NCBI GenBank assembly: GCA_042408215.1
Contig: JAYFMW010000026.1
Location: forward strand, 96,001 to 160,000
DNA length: 64,000 nucleotides
Origin: Microcoleus sp.
Lineage (GTDB): Bacteria > Cyanobacteriota > Cyanobacteriia > Cyanobacteriales > Microcoleaceae
Reading direction: 5' to 3'
Under the pieces are notes generated by a model that was not told where the DNA came from, ran no database searches, and saw nothing but the letters and a program-made list of their open reading frames with translations. A program made the position numbers and the translations under genes. Positions 41,873-54,048 of this stretch are shown here, one piece after another (positions within the stretch are counted from its first letter, which is position 1; every line of letters starts with the position of its first letter).

Positions 41873-42184
41873 ATGTCAATTGCTGTGGGCATGATTGAGA
41901 CCAAAGGTTTTCCCGCTGTTGTGGAAGCTGCCGACGCGATGGTCAAAGCAGCCCGCGTTACCCTGGTGGGCTATGAAAAAATCGGCAGCGCCCGCGTCAC
42001 AGTAATTGTGCGCGGCAACGTGTCGGAAGTCCAAGCCTCAGTAGCAGCAGGAGTGGAATCAGTGAAGCGGGTGAACGGCGGAGAAGTCGTCTCTACCCAC
42101 ATCATCGCTCGTCCCCACGAAAACCTGGAATACGTTCTGCCGATTCGCTATACCGAAGCAGTAGAACAGTTCCGAGGCTACTAA
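41873..42184 (+). CDS. ccmK2: Carboxysome shell hexamer CcmK2
   Basis: BMC domain, YEKIGS pore, [15 protein letters not shown]; short C-terminus. Confidence 0.93.
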   Translation: MSIAVGMIETKGFPAVVEAADAMVKAARVTLVGYEKIGSARVTVIVRGNVSEVQASVAAGVESVKRVNGGEVVSTHIIARPHENLEYVLPIRYTEAVEQFRGY

Positions 42185-42433
42185 GTCCTCACGATAAAAT
42201 TGGTACATCTGGACCACCAATGCCGTAAGCGAAAACCAAGCTCATAGGTACGTGTTACCAGAAAAAGTGTGGGTCTTGGGAACCAAGACTCCTGCCCTTG
42301 GAGGCAATGTAAGACCAATAGAATTAGGGAGTTCGCCCTTGGCTGTTGCCAATGAATTGGGAAGCCCGTGCTGTACCTCTATGTCAGCGTCGGGTAGTTC
42401 ACTTCCCCAAATATTAAATCAGGAGTAGAAAAA

Positions 42434-42775
42434 ATGGCAATTGCAGTTGGTATGATCGAAACTTTAGGCTTCCCGGCAGTTGTAGAAGCCGCCGACGCGA
42501 TGGTCAAAGCTGCCCGCGTCACCCTAGTAGGTTACGAAAAAATCGGTAGCGCTCGCGTTACCGTGATTGTCAGAGGTGATGTCTCCGAAGTGCAAGCTTC
42601 CGTTGCCGCCGGAGTAGAGTCAGTGAAGCGCGTTAATGGCGGACAGGTGATGTCCACCCACATTATCGCCCGCCCTCACGAGAACTTGGAGTACGTGCTA
42701 CCCATTCGCTACACCGAAGCTGTTGAACAGTTCCGGGAAGGCGTGAGCGGCATTCGCCCACTCAATAGATCTTAA
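42434..42775 (+). CDS. ccmK1: Carboxysome shell hexamer CcmK1
   Basis: Same BMC domain with a ~10-aa C-terminal extension. Confidence 0.92.
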   Translation: MAIAVGMIETLGFPAVVEAADAMVKAARVTLVGYEKIGSARVTVIVRGDVSEVQASVAAGVESVKRVNGGQVMSTHIIARPHENLEYVLPIRYTEAVEQFREGVSGIRPLNRS

Positions 42776-43072
42776 GACAGACGATCGATCGTGGGGCTTT
42801 TGGTAATTAAAAATTAAAAATAAAGAATTAAAAATTGTGATGATTTTTGATTTAGCATTTTTAATTTTTAATTGAGGAGGTGATGGGAGATTGGTTATTA
42901 GTCAGGAGTCAGGAGTCATTAGTTATTAGTCATTAGTCATTAGTCATGAGTAGACAAATAACTCTAAAAGACGGCAAGAAAAATGATGGAGGAAGGCTCA
43001 TAAAAAAAAGACTAATGACACCGAAAAAATGACTGTTACCAATTACCAATTACCAATTACCAATTACCTAAA

Positions 43073-43378
43073 ATGCAAATGGCCAAAGTTCTCGGCACTG
43101 TTGTCAGTACCCAAAAAGAGCCTAGTCTTAGAGGCTCGAAATTTTTACTGCTGCAATTCATCGATCGGGAAGGTTCCCCAGTCCCCGGATATGAGGTGGC
43201 CGCTGACTGTGTGGGCGCTGGTGCTGATGAATGGGTGTTAGTGACCCGCGGGAGCGCTGCCCGGATTGCCCCCGGAAGCGAACACCGTCCGATCGATGCT
43301 TTGGTAGTAGGTATCATAGATACTGTCAATGTAGAAAACCGCCTCATTTACAGTAAAAAAGACGACCCGTACCGCTAG
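43073..43378 (+). CDS. ccmL: Carboxysome vertex pentamer CcmL
   Basis: GTVVSTQKEPSLRG, VGAG and GSAAR. Confidence 0.96.
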   Translation: MQMAKVLGTVVSTQKEPSLRGSKFLLLQFIDREGSPVPGYEVAADCVGAGADEWVLVTRGSAARIAPGSEHRPIDALVVGIIDTVNVENRLIYSKKDDPYR

Positions 43379-43547
43379 TTGCAACCGTTAGTCATTAGTA
43401 GAAGTTGACAGTTAACAGTTGACAGTTGACAGTTAACAGTTGACAGTTGACAGCTAACAGTTAACAGCTAACAGCTAACAGTGAACAACTAACAACTAAC
43501 AGCTAACAACTAACAAAAATTTTTTTATGTTCAGGAGCACTTAATTT

Positions 43548-45179
43548 ATGGCAGTCCGCAGTGTTGCGGCTCCCCCCACGCCTTGGTCGAAAAACTTGGC
43601 TGAGCCCAAAATTCACGAAACCGCTTACGTACATTCCTTTTCTAACATTATAGGGGATGTGCATATCGGTTCTAAAGTGCATATCGCCCCAGGGACATCT
43701 ATCCGCGCTGATGAAGGAACTCCTTTTTATATCGGAGAAAGTACCAACATTCAAGACGGAGTGGTGATTCACGGTTTAGAACAAGGCCGAGTCACAGGAG
43801 ACGATGGCAATTCTTATTCGGTTTGGGTAGGGAAAAATACTTCCCTCACTCACATGAGTTTAATTCACGGCCCGGCCTATGTAGGCGACAACTGCTTTAT
43901 CGGCTTTCGCTCTACGGTGTTTAATGCCAGGGTGGGAAACGGTTGCATTGTGATGATGCACGTACTTATTCAAGATGTGGAGATTCCCCCTGGTAAGTAC
44001 ATCCCTTCGGGAGCCGTCATCACTAACCAGCAGCAGGCCGATCGCCTACCAGACGTTCAAGATTCTGACGTTAAATTTGCTACCCACGTCATCGGAGTTA
44101 ACGACGCTCTGAGAACTGGTTATCGCTGCGCCGACAACATCGCCTGTCTGGCACCTATTCGCAATGAACTTTCTAAACATTCGGACATGACTCCAATCAC
44201 TTATTCTACCCAATCCACCAGCAAATTGAGCAATTCGCTAGTCGATAGCGTCCGCAACCTGCTAGCTCAAGGTTACAGCGTTGGAGCGGAACACGCCGAT
44301 GCGCGTCGCTTCCGCACCGGTTCTTGGCGTACTTGCGGGCCCATCTCGTCAACCCGCGAATCTGAAGTAATCAATGCTTTGTCGGCTTGCATGAGCGAGC
44401 ACCAAGGAGAATATGTCCGTTTGATCGGCATTGATATCAAAGCCAAGCGCCGCGTACTTGAGGAAATTGTGCAAAGACCGGGCGACAATGGCTCTAACGG
44501 TTCTAACGGCGCGAAAACTCACCAATCTAACGGTAAAGTTGCCCAAGCTCCTTACCAGAATGCTGCTGCGGTGTCAAGTGGTAAATTGAGTGGGGAGCTC
44601 GTGGCGACTGTTCGCAACTTGCTGGCTCAAGGCTACAAGGTGGGGACGGAACACGCTGATGCGCGCCGCTTCCGCACTAGCTCTTGGCAAAGTGGGGCTT
44701 CTGTGCAAGGGAATAATGAATCTCAGGCGATCGCCACTTTGGAAGCTGTGATGCAGCAGTACCCAGGAGAGTACGTGCGTTTGATCGGGATCGATCCGAA
44801 AGCTAAACGCCGGGTGGTTGAAGAAATTATTCAGCGGCCAGATGGCCCCGTTGCTCAATCTGCTCCACCGGCTGGGACAGCATCCTATAAAGCTGCTCCG
44901 ACAGTGGCTGGTAGCGGGCAGTTGAGCCAAAAGACTGTCGAACAAATCCGCAATTTGCTCTCCCAAGGCTACAAAATTGGTACGGAACACGCCGACGCCC
45001 GTCGTTTCCGCACTGGTTCTTGGCAGAGTTGCGCGCCGATCGATTCGAACCGGGAATCGGAAGTGTTTGCGGCTCTAGAAGGCTGTATGAAAGAACATAG
45101 TGGCGATTATGTCCGCTTGCTGGGAATTGACTCTAAGGCTAAGCGCCGGGTTCTCGAAGAGATGATCCAGCGTCCTTAA
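43548..45179 (+). CDS. ccmM: Carboxysome assembly protein CcmM (gamma-carbonic anhydrase domain plus 3 RbcS-like domains)
   Basis: IRADEG and NIQDGVVIH, then three [10 protein letters not shown]...YVRLIGID repeats. Confidence 0.97.
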   Translation: MAVRSVAAPPTPWSKNLAEPKIHETAYVHSFSNIIGDVHIGSKVHIAPGTSIRADEGTPFYIGESTNIQDGVVIHGLEQGRVTGDDGNSYSVWVGKNTSLTHMSLIHGPAYVGDNCFIGFRSTVFNARVGNGCIVMMHVLIQDVEIPPGKYIPSGAVITNQQQADRLPDVQDSDVKFATHVIGVNDALRTGYRCADNIACLAPIRNELSKHSDMTPITYSTQSTSKLSNSLVDSVRNLLAQGYSVGAEHADARRFRTGSWRTCGPISSTRESEVINALSACMSEHQGEYVRLIGIDIKAKRRVLEEIVQRPGDNGSNGSNGAKTHQSNGKVAQAPYQNAAAVSSGKLSGELVATVRNLLAQGYKVGTEHADARRFRTSSWQSGASVQGNNESQAIATLEAVMQQYPGEYVRLIGIDPKAKRRVVEEIIQRPDGPVAQSAPPAGTASYKAAPTVAGSGQLSQKTVEQIRNLLSQGYKIGTEHADARRFRTGSWQSCAPIDSNRESEVFAALEGCMKEHSGDYVRLLGIDSKAKRRVLEEMIQRP

Positions 45180-45434
45180 TCGGAAGCTAATTAGCATTCT
45201 GAGCCCGTCAATTTGTCTCTGAGTTAACGGGTTCAGAATGCTCTAGCAATTCTCAGTAAGCTCAGGTACGCGAGGCGATTGGTAATTGGTAATTGGTAAT
45301 TGGTAATTACTGAATTGGTAATGGGTAATTGGGAATTACTGAATTCTTCAAAATTAGGCATTTTATCTATCAATTAATACAGTCAAAAATATCGGTGTTA
45401 AACCTAAATCCTAAATCTAAAATGGTTAAGTTGA

Positions 45435-46139
45435 ATGCATTTATCGCCACTGCAATTAAGTAGCAATTCTCAGGTTTGTATCAGTGGCGATGTGGTGGTG
45501 CATGAGGGTGCTGCGATCGCCCCTGGAGCGATCCTACGAGCAGATCCAGATAGCCGGATCTCGATCGCCCCAGGTGCCTGTATCGGTATGGGTGTAATCA
45601 TTCATGCCCGTCAAGGTACTCTGGAAGTGGGAGCGGGTGCGATTCTAGGTGCTGGGGTGTTGATAGTGGGTTCCGGTGCGATCGGCGCAAATGCCTGTAT
45701 CGGCGCGACATCGACGATAATTAATCCTTGTATTGACAAAATGCAAATTTTGCCAGCAGGTTCTTTGATTGGAGATGGTAGCCGCCAAGTCACAGCAGAA
45801 GCAAAACCAGAACCAGAAACCCCCGCAGCCAGTACGCCACCAGTCGCACCACCAGTCGCACCACCAGTCGCACCACCAGTCGCACCACCAGTCGCACCAC
45901 CAGTCGCACCACCAGTCGAGCCACCAGTCGCCGATCGCACAAAGCCTCAAACGCAACCGGAGACAGCCTCAACGCCAGAATCAACGGCCACAGAGCAAGC
46001 TCCTCAACCCGGAGAAATGCCAACGATTTTGTACGGACAAGCTCACATCAATCGGCTGCTGGGGACGCTGTTTCCGCACCGACAATCTTTTAACGGATCG
46101 CCCGAAAACGGTAAAACTTTCTCTGGGGGTTCGGAGTAG
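45435..46139 (+). CDS. ccmN: Carboxysome protein CcmN
   Basis: Hexapeptide repeats, a PPVA-type linker (8 x 12 bp, 45837-45932) and encapsulation peptide YGQAHINRLLGTLFPHR. Confidence 0.93.
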   Translation: MHLSPLQLSSNSQVCISGDVVVHEGAAIAPGAILRADPDSRISIAPGACIGMGVIIHARQGTLEVGAGAILGAGVLIVGSGAIGANACIGATSTIINPCIDKMQILPAGSLIGDGSRQVTAEAKPEPETPAASTPPVAPPVAPPVAPPVAPPVAPPVAPPVEPPVADRTKPQTQPETASTPESTATEQAPQPGEMPTILYGQAHINRLLGTLFPHRQSFNGSPENGKTFSGGSE

Positions 46140-46343
46140 TCGTTTTTTCGGCAAAAAGCAGCTATGCTAAGGGCAGAAAGATGAAATATAAATAGGTAAT
46201 TTATTATTCTTGGTCGCCCAGCAATTTTTAATGCCTTGTAGCAGAAATATGTGTCTTTCAGCTCATGCAATCATTCTTCTCATTTGACCAACTAAAAGTA
46301 TAGACAAATTGCTATTTTTGGAAGTTTCTAAGGGTGATAGAAG

Positions 46344-47117
46344 ATGAACGGACAAACCAATAATCGTGGTAGCGAATCCCAATCGCAGCGCCAGGAATAC
46401 TTCAAAGACACTGCTTTGGGTTTGGTATCCACCAAAAGTTTTCCGGCAATTGTTGGGACTGCTGACATGATGCTGAAGTCGGCTGGGGTGATTTTAGTAG
46501 GATACGAAAAAATCGGTTCCGGTCACTGTACGGCGATCGTCCGGGGTAGAATTGCTGATGTCCGTTTGGCTGTAGAAGCAGGAGCTCAGACAGCCCAACA
46601 GTTCGGTCAATTTGTTTCTAAGTTGGTGATTGCTAGACCTTTAGCTAATTTGGAAGTGGTTTTGCCGATCGGCTTTCGGCTGACTCAACTGTCTGAAAGT
46701 GGCAGTTATTCTCGTCTGAGCAATCAAGCCGTCGGTTTGCTCGAAACGCGGGGATTTCCGGCAATGGTCGGTGCTTGCGATGCTATGCTCAAATCCGCAG
46801 ACGTACACTTGGCCGCCTATGAGAAAATTGGCGCTGGTTTGTGCACGGCAATTATTCGCGGTGCGGTGGCCGATGTGGTGGTGGCTGTTGAAGCAGGGAT
46901 GTACGAAGCTGAGCGAATTGGCGAGTTGAACGCGGTGATGGTAATTCCGAGGCCTTTGGAGGATTTGGAACAAACTTTACCACTGGCGAGTTGCTGGATT
47001 GAGCAGCGTCAGCCTGTGATGATGCCGATGTCGGTTAAGGAAAAGGAACAAGAATTGATCAAACTTCCAGATTTGCAGAAGTTGACAGTTTCTGTGGAAG
47101 AAGAAATCAATTGGTAG
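46344..47117 (+). CDS. ccmO: Tandem-BMC shell protein CcmO
   Basis: Two BMC domains (YEKIGSG, YEKIGAG) after ccmN. Confidence 0.93.
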   Translation: MNGQTNNRGSESQSQRQEYFKDTALGLVSTKSFPAIVGTADMMLKSAGVILVGYEKIGSGHCTAIVRGRIADVRLAVEAGAQTAQQFGQFVSKLVIARPLANLEVVLPIGFRLTQLSESGSYSRLSNQAVGLLETRGFPAMVGACDAMLKSADVHLAAYEKIGAGLCTAIIRGAVADVVVAVEAGMYEAERIGELNAVMVIPRPLEDLEQTLPLASCWIEQRQPVMMPMSVKEKEQELIKLPDLQKLTVSVEEEINW

Positions 47118-47743
47118 TTGGGAGTTGGTAATTGGTAATTGGGAATGGGGAATTGGGAATTACCAATTTGGCCATCCACTTGCGGAAAATACTTAGACGC
47201 AGTTTATGAAAAAGATATAAATTTTACTATCGGGGACTGCGTACAAGAATTTATACTGAGTTGCTGACTCAAGTTGAATGTTGTGTTAGAGCCGATCGCA
47301 CTTCCAGAATCAGACACAAAACAGCAGCTAAAATCAGACTTTTGCGTGCAACTGGAGCTTGTAAATAATCGAACATGGGAAGTAAATCGAGCCGAGGTGC
47401 TGGCTTTCTCCACAGGTTCAAAGTGCTGTTAAAATAAACCTAAAATCCTGTTTAGGGTAGATTTCCTGGAATCAAGGGAGTGTCAATATAGAACTAGCTG
47501 CGATCGGAAAGTTTAACGGTTGTTAGACCAATTTAATGGGTCGTTGCATATATCTCGATCCCCCTAAATCCCCCTTAATAAGGGGAGTAGGGGTTGACTT
47601 TGAGCAGAATCTTGTTCCCCCCTTATTAAGGGGGGTTAGGGGGGATCAGATTCTACGGGGCCTCATAAAAAACTGGTATTAGACCCAAAAATGACTGCCA
47701 ACAAATCAACCACTAGAATCAAGCAATCCTGCAAGTTTCACCT

Positions 47744-48787
47744 ATGAATCTTAAGCAATTTTACAAGCGCGGTTTGCATAGCGCCAAGAAAGGAAACTAC
47801 TTCGAGGCGATCGGCGACTTCGATCGCATACTGCAACTCAACCCAGCCGACGCCAAAGCCTACAACAATCGCGGCTTGGTGTATTATTACATGAAAGATT
47901 ACCAAAAAGCAATTGCTGACCTCAGTCAAGCACTGGCTCTCAATCCTAATTTGTTTGAGGCCTACTTGAATCGAGGGAATGCTTGGCGACATCTCGGAGA
48001 ACACGAAAAAGCTATTGAAGATCTCAACTGCGCTTTAGCAAATAATCCTGACAGCCACGCTATCTACAACAACCGTGGACTGGTACTTGCTAATTTAGGA
48101 CATTACGAAGAAGCAATTCAAGACTACGATCGAGCAATATCGATCAATTCCCATAATTATAAAACCTATTACAACCGAGGACGCGCTTACTACCTTTTGG
48201 GAGACAAGGAAGCCGGAATTGAGAATTTCAACGAAACGCTGCGGCTGAACCCTAGATATATCAAAGCTTACATAAATCGCGGTCTTTCTTATCACCAATT
48301 AAAAGACAATACCCAGGCGATCGCAGATTATGACACAGCACTCGGTATCGATCCAGGAAATGTCTATGCGTATTATAACCGAGGTTGCGTGCGCTACAAG
48401 CTAAAACAGATGAAGCTTGCCATTGAAGACTTTAACAAGGCAGTCGAAATCGATCCAAACTATATTAAAGCTTATCTCAACCGGGGTTTAGCGTTGTATA
48501 AACTTGGAGATGTTACGGCTGCGAACAAGGATTTTTACCACGTAATGTGCATTAATGCTGAAGCTTATTCATACTATCAAGCACAGCGCTGCACCCCTGA
48601 CATTAATGTTTATTTTAAGGATGCGCCGCAGATGGAATTGAATAATGCTGTAGAATACTACAACACAACATTAAACAATACAATTTCAACTTCATTAAGT
48701 TCCGCAGCATTAAACTCGATCTGGAATCAAGAAGATTTGGACAAAAGAGACTCGATTATCTGTGAAGGTGAATTTATGAATGATTGA
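47744..48787 (+). CDS. Tetratricopeptide repeat protein
   Basis: Repeated AYxNRG...AIxDxxxA 34-aa units. Confidence 0.93.
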   Translation: MNLKQFYKRGLHSAKKGNYFEAIGDFDRILQLNPADAKAYNNRGLVYYYMKDYQKAIADLSQALALNPNLFEAYLNRGNAWRHLGEHEKAIEDLNCALANNPDSHAIYNNRGLVLANLGHYEEAIQDYDRAISINSHNYKTYYNRGRAYYLLGDKEAGIENFNETLRLNPRYIKAYINRGLSYHQLKDNTQAIADYDTALGIDPGNVYAYYNRGCVRYKLKQMKLAIEDFNKAVEIDPNYIKAYLNRGLALYKLGDVTAANKDFYHVMCINAEAYSYYQAQRCTPDINVYFKDAPQMELNNAVEYYNTTLNNTISTSLSSAALNSIWNQEDLDKRDSIICEGEFMND

Positions 48788-48984
48788 TTTAGTTATTAGT
48801 CATTAGTCATTGGTCATTAGTCATTGGTCATTAGTCATTAGTCATTGGTCATTGGTCATTAGTCATTAGTCATTAGTCATTGACGGTGCCGGCTCAGCTT
48901 CGTCGAAGAGTCATTAGTTGATATGTAGGTTGGGTCTAGATCGCGAAACCCAACCTACTTTTAAAGTCCTGACTACGAACCGAA

Positions 48985-50283
48985 CTAAATGCTGCTCATT
49001 ACTTCACGAGCAGCGGCCAAAGTGCGATCGACATCTTCGTCTGTGTGAGCCAAAGAAGTAAATCCAGCTTCAAACTGCGAAGGAGCCAGATAAATACCAT
49101 GCTCCAACATTCCCCGGTGAAAGCGGCCGAACTTTGCCACATCCGACTTTTTCGCATCATCGTAATTGTGAACCGGACCGGCCGCAAAAAACAAACCAAA
49201 CATCCCGCTAATTTGTCCACCACAAACGGCGTGTCCAGTTTCCTTAGCAATTTGCAACAAACCGTGAGACAGTTTTTTGGTAATCCGATCCAACTGTTCG
49301 TAAGTACCAGGTTTTTGCAACAATTCCAAAGTCTTAATCCCAGCAGTCATCGCCAAAGGATTACCCGACAGCGTACCAGCTTGATACATCGGCCCAGCAG
49401 GAGCCACCATCCCCATAATATCGCGCCGTCCGCCGTAAGCTCCCACAGGCAAACCGCCACCGATAACTTTACCCAGAGTAGTCAAATCTGGAGTGACACC
49501 GAATTTTTCCTGAGCTCCGCCGTAGGCGATGCGGAAACCGGTCATTACTTCATCAAAAACTAACAAAGCACCGTTATCTTTAGTAATTTCCCGTAAACCT
49601 TCGAGAAAACCTGCATCCGGCACAATAAATCCAGCATTACCCACAACAGGCTCCAGAATTACGCCTGCGATCTCGCCCGGATTTTCGGCAAACAAAGCCT
49701 TTACGGCTTCCAAGTCATTGTAGGGAGCGTTGAGGGTGTTTGCGGTAACAGATTTAGGTACACCAGGGGAGTCAGGAAGGCCGAGAGTGGCGACACCAGA
49801 ACCGGCTTTTACCAAGAACATATCAGCGTGCCCGTGATAGCAGCCTTCAAACTTAATCAGTTTGTCGCGCCCGGTGAAGGCACGCATCAGGCGCAAAACG
49901 GCCATACAGGCTTCGGTGCCGGAATTAACAAATCGCACCATTTCGATGCTGGGAACGGCATCTATGACCATTTCAGCGAGCACATTTTCCAAGAGCGAGG
50001 GTGCTCCGAAACTGGTACCTTTTTCTAAAGATTCGTGAAGAGCTTTGATGACTTCAGGGTGGGCGTGGCCGCAGATAGCCGGGCCCCAAGTACCTACATA
50101 GTCGATGTATTGGTTTTCGTCAACGTCCCAAATATAGGCTCCTTTGACGCGATCGAATACAATAGGTTGTCCGCCTACAGATTTGAAGGCGCGGACGGGG
50201 GAACTGACGCCACCGGGCATCAATTTCTGGGCGGCGGCGAAAATTTCTTCTGATTTGGTCGTTTTCAAGGTTGTGGAAACCAA
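48985..50283 (-). CDS. hemL: Glutamate-1-semialdehyde 2,1-aminomutase
   Basis: [35 protein letters not shown] and PSQFEA. Confidence 0.97.
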   Translation of the reverse strand: MVSTTLKTTKSEEIFAAAQKLMPGGVSSPVRAFKSVGGQPIVFDRVKGAYIWDVDENQYIDYVGTWGPAICGHAHPEVIKALHESLEKGTSFGAPSLLENVLAEMVIDAVPSIEMVRFVNSGTEACMAVLRLMRAFTGRDKLIKFEGCYHGHADMFLVKAGSGVATLGLPDSPGVPKSVTANTLNAPYNDLEAVKALFAENPGEIAGVILEPVVGNAGFIVPDAGFLEGLREITKDNGALLVFDEVMTGFRIAYGGAQEKFGVTPDLTTLGKVIGGGLPVGAYGGRRDIMGMVAPAGPMYQAGTLSGNPLAMTAGIKTLELLQKPGTYEQLDRITKKLSHGLLQIAKETGHAVCGGQISGMFGLFFAAGPVHNYDDAKKSDVAKFGRFHRGMLEHGIYLAPSQFEAGFTSLAHTDEDVDRTLAAAREVMSSI

Positions 50284-50638
50284 AGTTTTCTCCTTAGTGA
50301 ACGTCTATTGTTGGTAGAATACTTTAATAGCGACTTCAAGATAAAGGTTAGGTCGATTCAAGGAAACTATGTTAGTAGATTTTAGGATACAAACCAATGA
50401 GTAGCAATACTATTTTGAGTTTTTCAGGCTTTGTGGTACTAGCACCGTGAAGCGAAGCTATCCCGTAGGGAATCGCCCGAAAGTGTAATATTTTGTAAAA
50501 TAGTTCTTGACAATTTGCCCACCACTTCCTCAATCTCCTCTCTTCTCTAACTCTGCGTCCTCTGCGCTCTCTGCGGTTAATAAAAAAAAATATCCGTCAA
50601 GAAAGCGTAAATGTATATTACAAAGTTGAAATAAAATT

Positions 50639-51289
50639 ATGTCTGCTACGGATTTATCTAGTTTGAGCCGATCGATCCCAATTGAAAAGATCCGTTACGA
50701 CGATCGAGGTTTAGTACCAGCGATCGTCCAAGATTACTTAGACGGTACAGTGTTGATGATGGCATGGATGAGTCGGGAGTCGCTGCAAAAAACCCTAGAA
50801 ACCGGACAAACTTGGTTTTGGAGTCGATCGCGCGCCGAATTGTGGAACAAAGGGGCGACTTCGGGACACCTTCAAAATGTCAAAGGGCTGCGCTATGACT
50901 GCGATAGCGATGCGTTGCTACTCACTGTCGAACAAGTGGGAGATATTGCTTGTCACACGGGAGAAAGAAGTTGTTTTCACCAAGTTGACGGGGAAATTGT
51001 AGCGCCGCCAGGGGATATGTTATCTCAATTGTTTGCGGTAATTTGCGATCGGCGCGACAACCCTAACGAAAGTTCTTATACTTGTAAATTGTTCGCGGGT
51101 GGCGACAACAAGATTCTCAAAAAAATTGGCGAAGAATCGGCCGAAGTCGTGATGGCTTGCAAAGATGATGACAAAGATGGAATTGCTGGGGAAGTTGCGG
51201 ATTTATTTTATCACGCTTTGGTTGCTTTAGCTCACCATCAAGTTGATTTGAGAGAAGTCTATCGCAAATTGGGCGATCGGCGAAAATAA
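50639..51289 (+). CDS. hisIE: Bifunctional PR-AMP cyclohydrolase / PR-ATP pyrophosphatase
   Basis: WSRSR..W.KG.TSG, DCDSD, CHTG..SCF and KKIGEE. Confidence 0.96.
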   Translation: MSATDLSSLSRSIPIEKIRYDDRGLVPAIVQDYLDGTVLMMAWMSRESLQKTLETGQTWFWSRSRAELWNKGATSGHLQNVKGLRYDCDSDALLLTVEQVGDIACHTGERSCFHQVDGEIVAPPGDMLSQLFAVICDRRDNPNESSYTCKLFAGGDNKILKKIGEESAEVVMACKDDDKDGIAGEVADLFYHALVALAHHQVDLREVYRKLGDRRK

Positions 51290-51529
51290 TCAAAAATTGG
51301 TAATTGGGAATTGGGAATTCGGCGTTACCAGGCTCTTTAAATCTCTCCCATAATTATTGTGGAACAGGCATATTGCCTGTTCTTGACTATCTTTTTGGGA
51401 GATGTCTTTTGTAGTAAGGACTAAAGTCCTTAGTTGCCTAAATTTATGAAAAAGGACTGAAGTCCTTACTACAAACAGATGAAGGACTGAAGTCCTTACT
51501 ACAAACAGATAATAGTATCGTGACTTTCT

Positions 51530-53692
51530 TTAGAAAGTAAAAGTCGTGCGGAGGACTCCCACCCCTACTGTGTCATTATCCTTAGTTCCTTCAGGATTGA
51601 ACAGCACAAAAGCTCCGGGTGTAATGCTGATATTATCGTTGACTTTGAAGCGATAATAAGCTTCTAAATGATAAGGAGTTGCTTTATTTTGCTGAAAGCG
51701 AGCACCGCCACTTACCGAATCGCGATCGAGCGGCTGTCCAAACAGAATACCTGCATTATTGCCCTGTGCGAACAAATCTCGGAAATGGAAACCTACCATC
51801 CAACTGTTGAAAGTTGTAGAAGCATTACTTCTTTCAGCGTCAGCAATTATCCAACCTCCATAGGTAGAAACAGCAATTTTCGGAGTAACCCGCCAAGTTA
51901 AAGTACCGCCAAACGAATTCATCGTCACACCGCCGCCAACAGGTTCTCTATTTGTTCCCAAAATTGAACCCAAATCGGCATCACTTAATCCTGTAGCCAA
52001 AATATTCAATTTGTGACGACTATGAGCGTAATTTAAACCTATGTCGATACTGCTGGTAGGCTTAATAGTTAACTGCGCCGCAGCAACGGTACTACCATCA
52101 AATGCACCCGCTCCTAAAGGCGTAGCAGGAAAGCCTAAATCAGCCGGCAAAGCTGCATTTACACTGCCGTACAATGCTGTGAGATTAACTTTTTTGGAAA
52201 CGTTCCAAATAAACCCACCTGCTGATGCCAAACCGCTGCCAGAAGTGCCGCCGGATACGCGAACTACAGGGTTGTAAGCTGCAAACCTAGAGACAGCTTC
52301 TTGCCCTTCTCCAGCAAAGGGAGTAATTGCTTGAAAAGCATCGGAAGTTTCGGCTTTCGGGCCGGCAAATAAAGTGATGCTGTTAGTAACTGGGAAGACG
52401 TAAAGCAGCTTATAAAGTTCAACAGCATTGGCGTCAATGCTCGATAAAGTCTGAGGATTGATTCCCGGAAATTGCGGTTCAAAACTCAGCTTTGCTTGAC
52501 TGTCAGACAAACCGCTAAATGCCCCTGTTGACAAACCTAAATTCGGGCCGAAACTGCGAATGTTGTAAGCTTGCAAGCCAGTTATCAGCGTATCTTTGCC
52601 TGTAAAACTGGTCAGCAGATTCAAGCGCAATCGGTAGTTTAAGACTGTTTCAGTCTCCCTGTGATTGTTTTTGGTAGTATCAGCCACGCTAAAAATTGCT
52701 TCGCCGCTGAGTTTAGTTGTTGTCGAAAATTGATTCGCTTCGAGTTCGGAAGTACGAGCTTCTAACCCATCGACTCGACCCCGCAAAGTGGCTAATTCTG
52801 CTGCAAATTCTTCTTGCAATCTTTGCAGTTTTGTTAAGTCTTCCTTGGTGGCTAAGTTGGTTGTACCTGCTTTAATTAGCTCAGTAACTTTATCCAAGCA
52901 AGCGTTTAAACCGGCGGCAAATTCGTAGCGAGTCATGGCCCGATTTCCTCGGAATGTGCCGTCGGGATATCCCGCTATGCAGCCGTATCTTTCTACAAGA
53001 GATTGCAGGGCTTGAAATGCCCAGTCTGTCGGGCGCACGTCGGAGAGTTGAGATACAGATGTTACTTGTTGCAGTTCCCTTGAGTCTGAAGTTTCGCTGT
53101 TGGTTGCTGCGGGTTCTAAGGAACTACTGTTTTCGATTTCGGCTAACTTTTGGGAAGTAGAAGTTTCTGTTGGTACTGGCGTAGATGTGGCTGTTTGGGC
53201 CATAACTGGTGCTAGTGGGTTTTGAGCAGGAATGACTGATGTTTGGGCCTCAATTTCTGCTGCTGTCTGCGGGCTTTGGGGCGAAGTAGCAGATGTTTCT
53301 GCTGTAAGTGTTGCTGGTTCTGGGTTGGCTGGTTTGGCTGCTAAATTTAATGAGTTTTCCGGCGGATTTTCGGCGGTAAATGCTGCTGTTTGCGGGCGAT
53401 CGCCTTTAGCGCTGTCTTCGGGGAGATTGGCGAGTTCCCTAGCTGTTGAGAGGGGATGACCCGTGTTTTCAACTTCCACCGCATCGGCTGGTTTTAACTC
53501 ACCTATTCCCGGACTTTTGACCTGATTATCAACTGTTTGAGCCGGGCTTATTTCAGTTTCTAATTGTTTCAACTGTTCAGTAGCTAATGTCTCTTTCTCT
53601 GCGACGGGAGGCATCGCTGCCAATGGTAGAGAACCGACAAGTAAATACAGTAAACCTATGCCACCAGCACTAAATAGTAGACGTCCTTTCAT
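51530..53692 (-). CDS. SLH-domain outer-membrane porin (cyanobacterial OprB/iron-uptake type)
   Basis: QVTSVSQLSDVRPTDWAFQALQSLVERYGC SLH domain, FSTTTKL and C-terminal LRTTFTF. Confidence 0.93.
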   Translation of the reverse strand: MKGRLLFSAGGIGLLYLLVGSLPLAAMPPVAEKETLATEQLKQLETEISPAQTVDNQVKSPGIGELKPADAVEVENTGHPLSTARELANLPEDSAKGDRPQTAAFTAENPPENSLNLAAKPANPEPATLTAETSATSPQSPQTAAEIEAQTSVIPAQNPLAPVMAQTATSTPVPTETSTSQKLAEIENSSSLEPAATNSETSDSRELQQVTSVSQLSDVRPTDWAFQALQSLVERYGCIAGYPDGTFRGNRAMTRYEFAAGLNACLDKVTELIKAGTTNLATKEDLTKLQRLQEEFAAELATLRGRVDGLEARTSELEANQFSTTTKLSGEAIFSVADTTKNNHRETETVLNYRLRLNLLTSFTGKDTLITGLQAYNIRSFGPNLGLSTGAFSGLSDSQAKLSFEPQFPGINPQTLSSIDANAVELYKLLYVFPVTNSITLFAGPKAETSDAFQAITPFAGEGQEAVSRFAAYNPVVRVSGGTSGSGLASAGGFIWNVSKKVNLTALYGSVNAALPADLGFPATPLGAGAFDGSTVAAAQLTIKPTSSIDIGLNYAHSRHKLNILATGLSDADLGSILGTNREPVGGGVTMNSFGGTLTWRVTPKIAVSTYGGWIIADAERSNASTTFNSWMVGFHFRDLFAQGNNAGILFGQPLDRDSVSGGARFQQNKATPYHLEAYYRFKVNDNISITPGAFVLFNPEGTKDNDTVGVGVLRTTFTF

Positions 53693-53732
53693 TACAAATC
53701 CTCACCAAATAAATTGTAAAATTGCTATTACG

Positions 53733-53827
53733 CAGTCCTGGACGCACCTACTCTATAGGTAGGGTGAAGCAAACCGCACCTTACCGCTATAAATAGCGTG
53801 TCAAACCACTTGGGGCGTCCAGGACTG
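53733..53827. mobile_element. 95-bp MITE upstream of the porin gene
   Basis: Perfect 13-bp inverted ends CAGTCCTGGACGC / GCGTCCAGGACTG; the same end recurs at ~23690 and ~57420. Confidence 0.75.
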
Positions 53828-54048
53828 TTACATTTACCAAATTATAAATCTATTTGGGAGCGCAACTAAAAAGTTTTGAATTAACAATTTTTAGATCTTT
53901 CATCCATCATATAAGTACAACCAACTAAGCTGTCGTGGATTTAAATTTTAGGTTGTGGGCTCTCCGGCCCACCCCACAAGAGTTTGATTGTTTTTTAACA
54001 GACAATTTAAATGCTCTTGGGCCGATCGCCAAACAGGTAGTTAGACAA

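Noticed and set aside
47177..47432. Coding-like sequence after ccmO
   Set aside because: Frames are short or interrupted and I cannot assign a family.
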